Source: an uncultured Rivularia sp.
GTDB lineage: Bacteria; Cyanobacteriota; Cyanobacteriia; Cyanobacteriales; Nostocaceae
NCBI GenBank assembly: GCA_963665115.1
Contig: OY762007.1
Coordinates: 3,104,001 to 3,168,000, forward strand
Direction: 5' to 3'
Length of the DNA: 64,000 bases
In this document: positions 12,723 to 23,900 of the stretch, piece after piece
How positions within the stretch are numbered: the first letter of the stretch is position 1
Layout of the letters: every line of letters begins with the position of its first letter
The notes under the pieces: model-generated
Told to the model about the DNA's origin: nothing
Database searches by the model: none
What the model saw: only the letters and a program-made list of their open reading frames with translations
Program-made: the position numbers and the translations under genes

Positions 12723-13565
12723 ATCATTAATATCTAACCTACAAAAAATATTTATAAAAACGTAAATTAATAACTTGACTAAGTATTCACGTGATGTTAA
12801 GCCATTTCTTTAATTAATATAGTTAGCCATATGATGTTCTATCTCAAAAACATTTCATAGTTGTTACTAACATATTTTTTACATTTCTTTATATTGTTTT
12901 TTGAATAAAAACATTTATGCTAAATAGGGCTAGTTACACTAATTCGCCTAGATGTCGTCAGATTTATTAAAAGCTATCTGCATAATTAGGTTTCTGAGCA
13001 ATTCAGGAAAATCGATCCTATTTATATAGTCTACGAACCATTTAGGAGCAATGTAAAAATATAAGGTCACAACAACTTTAGCAAATACTCTCTTTTTTTT
13101 ATCTTTTCTTTAAAATATTGCGGATGTAGTTGTAGTAAGCTAATTTTTGTAGAGATGTTTAACAGCATATAATACCAAATTAGAGACTCTGCTCATAAAA
13201 CGCTGTCATAGTTTTGTATTTGATATAAAAATTTAGATAGCGCAAGCATCTCAAATTAAGTATTATGAGCAATTCAGTAAAATTACACTTAAATTGATTA
13301 ATATTTTACATGAACTTTGTATATAAAATATCTATCTTTATAGAAACTTTAAGTAAACATTCCTGTACTGGAAGACAAATCCAGTTAAATCACATAAAAT
13401 ATGGTTACTCAATAGGTTAATCTAATTAATTTAATTTGAATTTAGTTAAACCGAACAATAAAGCTTTAGATAATAGCAAAACTAAAGCCGTATTCATTGA
13501 TTTAATTACCAATTGCCTGTAACGGTTCGCATAAGTTTCTTTCTTGTTTAAGTTTTTTAGAAAAG

Positions 13566-14120
13566 ATGGATAGCGAAAAGCACCAACGCTATCAAACTGC
13601 TATGGTATCAACTTATTATCCTGACACTTGTTTCCTTGACTATCTTGTGATGCCAGATGGAGTTGAGCAATCTTATGGCTCGGATCTACTGACAAAGCTG
13701 CATAGTGGAAAGGTTTTTATGGTCAATAGTCGTAGACGAAATGGGCTAATACTTTTTAAAGCCTATCATGCAGAGTTTGCCGGACCCGGAGCGGCTGTAG
13801 GTGGCGATTACGATCGCGATTGCCTTCACGTACTCCCGATTGGAAATATTTCGTCTATGTTACTAGCAACTAGTTCCTCTGAAGACCGCCAAAAGTCTTA
13901 TTTAATACGAAGGCAGTGGATTAGGCTAATTAAGCAAATTACTGAAAATCCAGTACCGCAGCAGCGAGTTCAAAGAATTCTCGATCAGTTTGAGCAATAT
14001 TTTCCACCAGAAGTAGTAAGTCAGTTACCTGATAGAGCATTTGCAATGTTAGTGGGAGTTTTACCACAGACTGTAGCAATAGTACGCCGTTTGGGTAATG
14101 AAGTAGATACTCTGAGTTAA
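13566..14120 (+). CDS. Hypothetical protein with degenerate Crp/Fnr-like C-terminal HTH
   Basis: 184-aa ORF; C-terminal LPDRAFAMLVGVLPQTVAIVR resembles a Crp HTH; start may be downstream. Confidence 0.55.
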   Translation: MDSEKHQRYQTAMVSTYYPDTCFLDYLVMPDGVEQSYGSDLLTKLHSGKVFMVNSRRRNGLILFKAYHAEFAGPGAAVGGDYDRDCLHVLPIGNISSMLLATSSSEDRQKSYLIRRQWIRLIKQITENPVPQQRVQRILDQFEQYFPPEVVSQLPDRAFAMLVGVLPQTVAIVRRLGNEVDTLS

Positions 14121-14147
14121 GAAAAGCTGGCTCTAGATGGTTATAAT

Positions 14148-15311
14148 TCAAGTTTTTAATTCAAGATTTTTATAAGCCTTTTCAAATCTGTCTAAAGTAC
14201 GGGCATTTTCCGAGGGGGAACCTACAGTAATTCGCAATCCCCCACCAGTCAGCCGTACCAAAGTGCCAGAATCTTTCAGTTCTTTATGAAGATTTTTTAA
14301 AGCATTAACTCTTTGTTTTTCATCTTGTGCTTTGAGGCGCAGAAAAATAAAGTTAGCAGCACTTTCAGATATTTTTAATTGTGAATATTGAGATAAATTT
14401 TCGAGTAATTTAGAACGTTCGCTTAAAGTTTGGGAAACAGACTCAAGTAAAAGCGAGCGATTTTGCACGGCTATTAATGCCGCTGCTATTGAAAAACTTG
14501 GAAGATTATATGGTAAACGGATTTTTTCTAAGATAGCAATTAGTTCCGGATGAGCAATAGAGTAACCTACGCGCATTGCAGCCAAACGAAAGCCTTTAGA
14601 GAATGTCCGTAATATCACCCAATTTGGATGTTGTGATAATTCATTTGCGACAGTCGCTTGACTAAATTCAAAATAAGCTTCATCAATTACCACTAAAATA
14701 TGTTCCGGCAAATTTCTTAACCATGTCAACTCTGCTGCTGTTAAGGAATTAGCCGTAGGAGAATTCGGGTGAACAACAAAAACTGTTCTTATAGGTTGTT
14801 CCCGATTAATTTCTATAGCTTTTGAGGCTGCTTCTAAATCAATTTCAAAATTATCTGATTTTCTGGGTACCGTTACCACAGGAATACCTAAAGCTTGCGC
14901 CAAAATTCCGTACATTGAGAAAGTGGGTTGAGCTACAAGCACCGAACCATTTCCTCCCAAACAGGTAGCGATTAAGATTGAACGAATTAGTTCATCCGAA
15001 CCATTGCCTAAAGAAATATTATTACTAACAAAAACGTTCGTTGAAAGATCGGCCGATTCGTTAACGTATTCACTAATTGATTGTCTGAGTAAAACGTGTC
15101 CTCCATCTGGATAACGATTGGTTTCGATTAACTCTTTATAAGTCCAAACCAATTTTTCCTTTAACTCAGCAGGTAAATCGTAAGGGCTTTCATTGGTATC
15201 AAGCTTATCTGACTGTGTTGGTGCCTTGGAGATTGAAGAAGCGTCATAAATACCAAGTTGCGGTTTGTAAGCTGCTAATTCTACTAAATCACTGCGGAGG
15301 AAGGGAAGCAT
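14148..15311 (-). CDS. hisC: Histidinol-phosphate aminotransferase
   Basis: [34 protein letters not shown] lysine. Confidence 0.93.
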   Translation of the reverse strand: MLPFLRSDLVELAAYKPQLGIYDASSISKAPTQSDKLDTNESPYDLPAELKEKLVWTYKELIETNRYPDGGHVLLRQSISEYVNESADLSTNVFVSNNISLGNGSDELIRSILIATCLGGNGSVLVAQPTFSMYGILAQALGIPVVTVPRKSDNFEIDLEAASKAIEINREQPIRTVFVVHPNSPTANSLTAAELTWLRNLPEHILVVIDEAYFEFSQATVANELSQHPNWVILRTFSKGFRLAAMRVGYSIAHPELIAILEKIRLPYNLPSFSIAAALIAVQNRSLLLESVSQTLSERSKLLENLSQYSQLKISESAANFIFLRLKAQDEKQRVNALKNLHKELKDSGTLVRLTGGGLRITVGSPSENARTLDRFEKAYKNLELKT

Positions 15312-15501
15312 TTAATTTTAGACTTTAGATTTTAGATTTTAGATTTTAATTACAAACGTATTTTTCTTGCATTACGTCTAAAGAACCTAATACAAAGAAT
15401 CACTTAATTTACATATTTGATATGTATAATTTTAATTATTTTATCATTAAAATGTAGCTGAAATTACGGTATTTTCGCGAACTTTAACCGCAGCACTCCA
15501 G

Positions 15502-16140
15502 TTAAATTTTGGATATCTGACAAAAATCTTCAATACTTTGCCAGATTTCCATCATCACATTCCCCAAGGCATGATTGCTGTTAAGTTCCATTAACTCTAC
15601 CCAAGAACGTTTTTGAGCAAAATCTCGACTGGCTTGGATGGGAATCACTTCGTCATGTTGTCCGTGCAAAATAAGGGTAGGAATGGCACGTTGCAAAAAT
15701 CTTTCCTGATATTGATTTGAATCAGCCAGAAAATCATAACTTAGAGGAAGTTCTCGTTTTTCCCCGTAATGATGAACCATCATATATTTTTCTTGCTGCC
15801 AGCGCTGTATAACTTCCGTACCTAAATTAGACAGCCAATGAGATAAAAAACCAAAAGCTGGCGCGAGTAAAACCAAACGTTTAACCTGTAAAAATTCTTC
15901 CCCTATATGGGCTGCACTCAAGCCTCCTAAACTAGAACCAATAATAGTTACGTCTTTCTTCTGTTCTAAAAGTAAGGCAACTTGTTTAAGCTGGCGTGTA
16001 ATTGTGAGGTGATAAAAATCATCACAATTTAAATCGGGAATTTCTAATTCAATTTGCTTTTGGGCAAAACGTTCGAGTATGTACTTGGCTTTTGTCGAAT
16101 TAGGACTCGATGCAAAGCCATGAAGGTAGATGTAGTGCAA
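15502..16140 (-). CDS. YqiA/UPF0227 alpha/beta esterase
   Basis: YLHGFASSP, GSSLGG nucleophile elbow, HGQHDEV. Confidence 0.88.
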   Translation of the reverse strand: MHYIYLHGFASSPNSTKAKYILERFAQKQIELEIPDLNCDDFYHLTITRQLKQVALLLEQKKDVTIIGSSLGGLSAAHIGEEFLQVKRLVLLAPAFGFLSHWLSNLGTEVIQRWQQEKYMMVHHYGEKRELPLSYDFLADSNQYQERFLQRAIPTLILHGQHDEVIPIQASRDFAQKRSWVELMELNSNHALGNVMMEIWQSIEDFCQISKI

Positions 16141-16278
16141 TTTCTCAATTATCAGTTATCAATTATCAATGAAAGGAATTACTCGGGCTTGGAAGCATTT
16201 AAAAATTTCATTTCTTAATAACAAATCTATTTACGATCAATTATCTACTTGTATTGATAACAGATAATTGATAACTGA

Positions 16279-17659
16279 TTACCGCATGGTAACGAATTCT
16301 TCTGCTGCTGAGGGGTGAATACCAACGGTAGCGTCAAAGTCTTTCTTAGTAGCGCCCATTTTTACAGCAATCGCCACACCTTGAACTATTTCTGCTGCAT
16401 AATCTCCTACCATGTGAGCGCCTAAAACTTTGTCAGTTTCACTATGCACAATTAATTTCATCATTGTTCTTTCTTCCTGTTGCGGCAAAGTATAGAACAT
16501 GGGACGGAAACGGGTGCGATAAATTTTTATTTTGTCATCTCCAAATTTTTCTTTGGCTTCAGTTTCTGTTAAACCTACCGTGGCAGCTTCTGGCTGAGTG
16601 AATACGGCAGTAGCAACATCTTCATGGCTGAAAATACGTCTGGTGTCACCATATTCGCTATCAGCAAAAGCTCTGCCTTCACCAATTGCTACAGGCGTTA
16701 AATTGATTCTGTCAGTAACATCACCTACAGCAAAGATATGTGGATGATTAGTTTGACTGTATTCGTCAACAATAATGGCATTCATAGTACCGTAGCCAGG
16801 TCCATCCATAGAGCTTGCGACTAAATCCACTCCGGCTTTGTCCAAACCCAGCCCGTTAACATTGGGTACGCGACCTGTTGCGACTAAAAACACATCGGCA
16901 GTTAACGGTTCTTCCTGTTCTCCAGATAAGTTTAACTTTAAGCCCTCGGATACCTTTTCTACAGATGTAACTACAGTATTTTTGATTATCCGAATACCGT
17001 GACTTCCCATTCCTTCCTGAATTCCGGTACGGATATCTTCATCAAAACCTTTCAAAATCATGTCACCGCGAATAATTTGGGTGACTTCACAACCCAAACC
17101 CCGCATAATGCAGGCGAATTCCGTACCTATATAGCCAGCACCAATAATGGCAATATGCTTTGGTTGTTCTTTAAGGTGAAAAATCTCATTGGAGGTAATA
17201 GCAAACTCCATCCCAGGTATATCAGGTTTGAGTGGCGTTCCTCCAACGGCAATCAAAATTTTATCCGCAGTGACTTTGCGTCCATCAACTTCTATAGTAT
17301 GCTCGTCAACTAAGCTGGCACGACTTTGAATTAATTCAACTCCGGCTCTTTCCAAGAAGTTTATGTGCAGCGCGGATAGCCTTCGTACTTCATTATCTAT
17401 AGATGTAATGAACTTTTCCCAGTCCAACTCAGCATCACCTACTTTCCAACCATAGCCACCCGCGCTTTCAAATAACGAAGGGAAATGAGAAGCATACACC
17501 ATGAGTTTTTTGGGAACGCAGCCGCGAATAACACAGGTTCCGCCCACCAGATCGTATTCGGCGATCGCCACTTTTGCTCCATAGCTCGCGGCGCGTTTGG
17601 AAGCTGCTAAACCTCCCGAACCAGCACCAATTACAAACAGGGTCGTAGTCGTAAGTCAT
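16279..17659 (-). CDS. gor: Glutathione-disulfide reductase (frameshift near 17640-17642)
   Basis: GGTCVIRGCVPKK and C-terminal HPSAAEE; the N-terminus MTYDYD-LFVIGAGSGG is restored by removing one base. Confidence 0.93.
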
Positions 17660-17800
17660 AGTTTTAAGCGTGTTCTTTGCAAAAATTAAACCGCCGTTAG
17701 TATAGGCTTAAATAAGGGCGATTGTCTGATAAGATGCTCCTACATTCCACACTAAGTTACTTTTCAACATTCAACCAAGCGCGTAAATTTTCTTCTCAAT

Positions 17801-19147
17801 TTAATCCAATGTGAGAAACTCTTCTGCGGTAGTTGGATGAATAGCAATAGCATCATCTAAGTCTTGTTTAGTAATACCTTTACGAAAGGCAACACCAAGA
17901 CATTGAATTATATCGGCTGCGTGTTCGCCTAACATATGAACTCCGATAACTCGTTCGGATTCACCTTCAACTACTACTTTAATTATTGCTTGCTCGTCAC
18001 TTGAAGCCAGTTGATACATCAATGGTTGAAATTTATCGCAATAACATTTTACCGAATCGCCAAATTCAGAACGAGCTTCATTTTCAGTCATACCTATACT
18101 TGCCATTTCCGGACGAGCAAAAACAGCAGAAGGTACCTGCCCGTAATTTACTGTTTGAGATTTGTTCGCGAAAACTGTATTGATAACAGCAACAGCTTCT
18201 TTTTTCGCTACAGGTGTTAACTGCAAACGATCGGTGCAATCTCCGACGGCAAAAATATTTTGCTGCTTGGTGCGGCTGTATTCGTCTACTTTGATTGCGC
18301 CTTTTTCGGTCATTTCGACTTGGGCATTATCAAGATCGAGTTTATCGGTATTCGGAGCGCGTCCTGTAGCGACTAAAATAGTATCGGCAGCGATAGTTTT
18401 TTTGTACTTACCGTTTACAGTTAACAGCAAGCCTTCTTCATAATGCTTAATTTCCGTCGCCTTGCTGTTACTGATAAATTTAATTCCTCGTTTAGACAAA
18501 CTTTCTTGAAGACTTTTGCGAATATCGTCATCAAACCCTTCTAGAATCGTTTCACTCGTATCAACAACGGTGACGCGACAACCTAAAGCATTCATCATGC
18601 TAGCGAACTCTACGCCTATGTAACCGCCACCGATTATTGCCAAACGTTTGGGCAAATAAGGTAAATGAAACATTTCGCGGGAAGTGATTGCGTATTCGAT
18701 ACCGGGGATATCCGGGATAAAAGGACGTGCGCCTACAGCGATTAAAATCTTATCTGCTGTTACCTCGACTCCATCAACTTTAATCGTGTGAGCATCAACA
18801 AAAGTAGCGTGCCCTCTTAGTAAAGTAATGCCACTGTCTTTAAATTTGTCTTGATACGAGCTATTAATGCTATCTATTTGCTTGTGTACCGAGTGGCTAA
18901 ACTGCGTCCAATTGAAATGCGTGTTCGCTTTACTCCAGCCATAATCAACTGCAATTTTATTCTGTAGCGCGAAGTCAGCGGCGTAAACAATCAACTTTTT
19001 AGGAATGCAACCGCGATTCAAACAAGTTCCGCCAAGGGCTTCTTGTTCGGCTACAGCTACACGTAAGCCCAAAGAAGCAGCTTTTGAGGCAGCAGCCGCA
19101 CCAGCGGAACCAGCACCCATTATAAATAAATCGTAATCGTATGTCAT
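17801..19147 (-). CDS. gor: Second glutathione-reductase-like flavoprotein disulfide reductase
   Basis: GGTCLNRGCIPKK, HPTTAEE; tandem paralog of the adjacent gor. Confidence 0.8.
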   Translation of the reverse strand: MTYDYDLFIMGAGSAGAAAASKAASLGLRVAVAEQEALGGTCLNRGCIPKKLIVYAADFALQNKIAVDYGWSKANTHFNWTQFSHSVHKQIDSINSSYQDKFKDSGITLLRGHATFVDAHTIKVDGVEVTADKILIAVGARPFIPDIPGIEYAITSREMFHLPYLPKRLAIIGGGYIGVEFASMMNALGCRVTVVDTSETILEGFDDDIRKSLQESLSKRGIKFISNSKATEIKHYEEGLLLTVNGKYKKTIAADTILVATGRAPNTDKLDLDNAQVEMTEKGAIKVDEYSRTKQQNIFAVGDCTDRLQLTPVAKKEAVAVINTVFANKSQTVNYGQVPSAVFARPEMASIGMTENEARSEFGDSVKCYCDKFQPLMYQLASSDEQAIIKVVVEGESERVIGVHMLGEHAADIIQCLGVAFRKGITKQDLDDAIAIHPTTAEEFLTLD

Positions 19148-19582
19148 AACTGCGGAGAATTTGAATTGCTCTTAAAATGAATGCTTTCTTTTTCTATTTT
19201 GACTCGTTTGATATTAAATCGGACAGGGGTCAGCTTAAATCTACTTCGACCTAATTATTTTGACATTATCTTTCGGCAATCTGATTAAGTTTTGATTTTT
19301 CCGCAGGCATCATATATTTTATAGGCGATGAAAGCTCTATCTAGGATTAACACCTTATTTGAGCAGATAACACAACTGTCTCTAGGATGAAATTTTTATT
19401 CTTTTCAATTATACTGATATGCCCTCGCGATCTGAATATTTTTTAATTGCCCCTTTGCAATCGCTATTTTTTATTTTTAAAAGCACCATTATTTGTAATT
19501 CAGATTACCTTTTGCGGCATATTTTCCTGAAATGTTTTTTTGCCAATAAAAATAAATTTAATACAGCTTATATGCAACTTTG

Positions 19583-19600
19583 TTGTGACGAGAATCACAA
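19583..19600. promoter_or_regulatory. Perfect CRP-family box
   Basis: TTGTGA-CGAGAA-TCACAA matches TGTGA-N6-TCACA. Confidence 0.65.
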
Positions 19601-19697
19601 GTATTCATGATTGAGATCCTCTTCAAATAAGAGAGCTAGGAGCATAATTATATATAACTGAACTCTAGCCGAGTCATTAATAGGGAACACACTAATT

Positions 19698-19732
19698 GCC
19701 GACAGCCTTGAGCAAAGGACTGTCGGCTTTTT
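19698..19732 (+). terminator. Intrinsic terminator with no upstream plus-strand gene (candidate sRNA 3' end)
   Basis: GCCGACAG-CCTTGAGCAAAGGA-CTGTCGGC-TTTTT. Confidence 0.65.
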
Positions 19733-20060
19733 GTATGTATATATATTGAATTGGGGATTGGGAATTGGGGATGGGGGATTGGGGGAGATATACTTCTCAA
19801 TTCCTAACTGTTCACTGTTCACTAAAATAAGTTTCCCCACGACTTGTTGGTAACTTGACAGGGATTCTGCCGCAGCCACTACCAAGTGTGGGGAAGATGA
19901 ATTTAAGTTGGAACCTGCTATGATTCGCTGTTAAATCCGTATTGAAGTTAAAGGTTTTTCCAATATCCCATCAAAAACAATTTTTGCTTATTAATACTCC
20001 AATATTGGGATTTATTGGATATGACGGGTTAATCCGGAAAATCAAGCTACATCACAGTCG

Positions 20061-20550
20061 CTATTGAGACATGGATTGAATTATGAAATCGAAGTAAGGA
20101 GCAGCTTGCTGTGCATCTTCAGCACTTAATAGATTAATAGAAGCTTCCTTCAGTCCCTTAATAGCTTCTACCATTCCGGGTACGGGGACTCCTAAAGAGT
20201 TGTACATTTCCTTAACGCCAATCAAACCAATTTTTTCAATAGGTTCTTTGTCACCTGCGAGTATTCCGTAGGTGACTAAGCGTAAGTACCAACCATAATC
20301 GCGGATGCATAACGCACGTTCGCGCTGTCCCGTAAGCATTACCCCCTGGAGCAATAAAGTCAGGACGCTTTTGCCACAGGGTTTTGGTAGCTTGTTCAAC
20401 TATCTTTTTTTCATTTTCAGTTAGGGTACTCACGATTCGCACCCTTTGTTCGCCAGTTTGCAAATAGTCTTTGATATTTCTAAGTTCGCCGCTGCTGGGA
20501 TAACGCAGCTCGTCGTCAGATTGGAGAATAACTTGGCTTACTACAGTCAT
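20061..20550 (-). CDS. apcD: Allophycocyanin-B alpha subunit (frameshift near 20329-20331)
   Basis: [23 protein letters not shown]…[24 protein letters not shown]; joined length about 162 aa. Confidence 0.95.
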
Positions 20551-20698
20551 GACTTGTAAAAGAAAGTGCTTTTTTTATTATTACTGATAGTTTACCGATT
20601 CAAGTACCAAGAAGTGAAGGGGAGGGGAGATGGGAGGATAGGGGGAGGGGGAGATATTAACTGATAATTGATAATTGTTAATTGATAACTGATAAACG

Positions 20699-22072
20699 AT
20701 GACTAGAACAAGCTGGAAGCAGGGTGATTTGGTTGAGGCTGTAATTACAGACTTGAGCGATACGGGTGATGGTGTAGGGCGAATCGGTGAGTTGGTGGTG
20801 TTTGTACCGGATACCGTACCTGGCGATCGCGTTGTTGTTCGTTTGGTAAATGTGAAGCCAAAGTATGTGAAGGGCAAAGTTAAAGAATTATTACAATCGT
20901 CTCCTCATCGGATTAGAGCAGCCTGCATTGTGGCTGATAAATGTGGCGGCTGTCAGTGGCAGCATATTAGTTATGAGTACCAACTCGAAGCTAAGCGTAA
21001 AGCCGTTGTTCAAGCTTTAGAACGTATCGGTGGTTTCACACAACCGCAAGTTGATGCGGTAATAACTGCGGGGAGACCACTAGATTATCGCAATAAAGCA
21101 ACTTACCCGATGGGGATATCTTCCACGGGGGGAGTTATAGCAGGTTACTACCAAAAATCTTCTCATCAAATAGTTAATCTGAATCAATGTCCGGTGCAGG
21201 ATTCGCGGTTAAACCCGATTCTTAAAGAAATTAAACAAGATATCCAATCTTTAGGCTGGCAAATTTATAACGAAAGCAGCCATAGCGGAATCATACGCCA
21301 TCTTGGTTTACGCATTGGTCGGCGTACTGGAGAAATTTTGCTGACTTTAATAGTAAAGGACTGGAGTATACCAGGAATTAAGGAGAAAGCACAAGAGTGG
21401 TTAGACCACTATCCCCCATTAGTGGGAGTGATGTTAAACCGGAATGAATCTCGCACTAATGCGATTTTTGGTAAGGAAACTCGATTGATTGCTGGGAGAG
21501 ATTACTTAGAAGAAGAATTTGCTTCTTTAAAATTTCAAATAAGTCCGGATACATTCTTCCAAGTAAATACTGAAACAGCAGAGGCATTATTGTACGAAAT
21601 TCAATCCGAATTAAATTTACAAGGCAATGAAATACTAATTGATGCTTATTGTGGTATTGGGACTTTAACTTTGCCACTCTCATTACAAGTACATCTTGCT
21701 ATTGGTTTAGAAATACAACAATCATCTGTCGCAAGAGCAAAAATTAATGCTCAGTATAATCACATAAATAATGTTGCCTTCCATTCGGGAAAGGTAGAAG
21801 AATTACTGTCTCGGATATCTACGAAACCAGATATTGTTATACTTGACCCTCCGAGAAAAGGATGCGATCGCACTGTAATCGAAACTTTACGCAAAGCAAA
21901 ACCAGCTCGTATTGTTTACGTAAGTTGTAAACCAGCAACACTTGCTCGCGACTTACAACAACTTTGTCAAGATGGTTTATACACATTGTGGCGAGTGCAA
22001 CCTGCTGATTTTTTTCCTCAAACAGCTCATGTGGAAGTTGCAGCATTTCTTGTGCTATCAGATGCCCGTTAA
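20699..22072 (+). CDS. rlmD: 23S rRNA m5U1939 methyltransferase
   Basis: TRAM domain, C..CGGC..C Fe-S ligands, FFQVN, DPPRKG, YVSC, DFFPQTAHVE. Confidence 0.93.
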   Translation: MTRTSWKQGDLVEAVITDLSDTGDGVGRIGELVVFVPDTVPGDRVVVRLVNVKPKYVKGKVKELLQSSPHRIRAACIVADKCGGCQWQHISYEYQLEAKRKAVVQALERIGGFTQPQVDAVITAGRPLDYRNKATYPMGISSTGGVIAGYYQKSSHQIVNLNQCPVQDSRLNPILKEIKQDIQSLGWQIYNESSHSGIIRHLGLRIGRRTGEILLTLIVKDWSIPGIKEKAQEWLDHYPPLVGVMLNRNESRTNAIFGKETRLIAGRDYLEEEFASLKFQISPDTFFQVNTETAEALLYEIQSELNLQGNEILIDAYCGIGTLTLPLSLQVHLAIGLEIQQSSVARAKINAQYNHINNVAFHSGKVEELLSRISTKPDIVILDPPRKGCDRTVIETLRKAKPARIVYVSCKPATLARDLQQLCQDGLYTLWRVQPADFFPQTAHVEVAAFLVLSDAR

Positions 22073-22501
22073 GGTACTTAGTGTAATTCTCGCGTGAAAT
22101 TTTAAAATTGTAGTCTAGCGCATAGTAAAAATGCTAAAATTGAATTAATCTAAATATAGAATACCTTTTGTATAAAGAAATTGACGTTATAGCGGACTCT
22201 AAAAAATAAAGAAGAAGTTGTTTAAATTACGAATCGGTTCAGTTATAGGAGTATTAAAATACTCATCCATACTTCAAGTAAATTTATAGTTTGTAACGAT
22301 TTGTAGTTAAAAAGAAGATCGGTCGATTTAAATTTAAGCAACTTTTATTTGGTGAAAAGAGTCAATGCTAAGTAGCATACAAAAATTAGTTGTACGAACA
22401 TAAAAATTAAGGCAACATGACCACCTCAATTCAAGTTTAGGGTGCGCGGTAGATAGCAAAAGTCATGTTTATCAGTCGCCGAAAGCTACGGGGTTTCTCT
22501 T

Positions 22502-22982
22502 GTGATTACCATTTCACTTCGTCCGGTAGGACGTAATTGGGGCACGATTAGTTTTGCCTCAACTCTATATCTCTGCCCGATTTTAGATTTGCTTTTAGCA
22601 GAAATCCCAGGAAAAATGCAGGCTGAGTTGAGACTAGGGCTTCAAGAGGCGTTAGTTAATGCAGCGAAGCACGGTAACAATCTCGATCCTGGGAAAAAAG
22701 TTGTAGTTCGTTTTTCTTTAATTGATGATAGATATTGGTGGGTAATATCAGATCAAGGTAAAGGATTTATTCCTGAATGCGATTGTGAAGAAGATCCCAC
22801 CGAATTTTTGCCACCTGATGAATCAGAAAATGGTCGCGGTTTATCGATACTGCATCTAATTTTTGACCAGGTGGAATGGAACCGTAGAGGTACGGAAACT
22901 ACGCTTATGCAAACAGTTGGAGCATAAACGCAGTCGCATACCTTTACCTTTATTACGAAATTCGTTTTTAGTTAAGAGCTAA
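22502..22982 (+). CDS. pmgA: Anti-sigma/RsbW-like HATPase PmgA (probable extra A near 22898 shortens the called ORF to 22927)
   Basis: ISFASTLYLCPILDLLL, EALVNAAKHGN, DQGKGF, ENGRGL; correction gives GTELRLCK…. Confidence 0.8.
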
Positions 22983-23062
22983 GAGTTAGGAATTAGGAGT
23001 TAGAAATTAGGAGTTAGGGATTATCAACTAACCACTAACAACTAACCACTAACAACTAATAT

Positions 23063-23350
23063 CTAACCGTCTTTTTTTTGTCCATGAGTCGGGCAAGGTG
23101 GCGCACTAATAGAGCGATTTAACCATCCGGTGGCTTGTTCTAATCTGGTTTGAGCTTCTTCGGGTTGCTCGGAAAGAAGAAATACGAGGGCGGCTGCTGT
23201 TTGTTCGCAAGCGCGAACTTTGCGGTTAGACTTGAGGCGATGCCAATCGTTAGGAGATATACTCAATCTCTCCAATAGAGCTTGAGCTAGTTCTACTGTA
23301 CTTATATCTTGCAATTGACTAGTTTTAGGCAGTTGGCTGGATTGAGACAT
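23063..23350 (-). CDS. Conserved cyanobacterial small protein (DUF6439-like)
   Basis: DWHRLKSNR…PPCPTHG motif. Confidence 0.7.
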   Translation of the reverse strand: MSQSSQLPKTSQLQDISTVELAQALLERLSISPNDWHRLKSNRKVRACEQTAAALVFLLSEQPEEAQTRLEQATGWLNRSISAPPCPTHGQKKDG

Positions 23351-23398
23351 AACGTGTATGGCTGATGAAACGTTCTCTTTAAATGTAATACGTTGCTC

Positions 23399-23809
23399 AT
23401 GGAGTCGCCCAAACAATCTTCCTCTTCATCAGGTGAGGAAAATTTAGAACAAGAATTGCAGCAAGAAATATTATCAGTTGAGCAAAGCCTTGATGGGTTA
23501 AAACAGCGCTACGCTCAGATGCTTGCCGATAAACAACGCCAGATTGAACTAGTGCGGCGTTTCGACGAAATTAAACACGAAATGAAAAAAACAACTTCGC
23601 CATCCTTGAAAGCGGAGTTGAAAGAAATTAAAGAAAAATTAGAAAGCTTAGATAATGCTTTAGGATTGTTTTCCGAAAGTTATTTAGTGCTGTTTGGTGG
23701 TAGCGTTATATTTACTAAAAGCGGTTTAAAAGACTTGTTTTGGCAAGTAGTCCGTTTTGGTGGATTGGGCGTTATCATAGGCTGGTTATTAAAGTCTGTT
23801 GTTGGATAG
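23399..23809 (+). CDS. Coiled-coil protein with C-terminal membrane anchor
   Basis: Heptad-rich N-terminus; FWQVVRFGGLGVIIGWLLK tail. Confidence 0.7.
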   Translation: MESPKQSSSSSGEENLEQELQQEILSVEQSLDGLKQRYAQMLADKQRQIELVRRFDEIKHEMKKTTSPSLKAELKEIKEKLESLDNALGLFSESYLVLFGGSVIFTKSGLKDLFWQVVRFGGLGVIIGWLLKSVVG

Positions 23810-23900
23810 TTGTTAGTGGATAGTGGTTAGTGGTTAGTAGATTAAACAACTAACAACCAACAACTAACAGCACTTATTTTTATTCTTGGAAGCAAAATAT

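Noticed and set aside
19595..19885. 96-aa minus-strand ORF
   Set aside because: Runs through STRR repeats (PNPPSPIPNPQ) and a terminator; no protein-like features
20581..20877. Short ORFs overlapping long genes (here antisense to rlmD; similarly in pstS, gor, sbpA, groEL and P450)
   Set aside because: Shadow or alternate-frame ORFs, or translations of repeats
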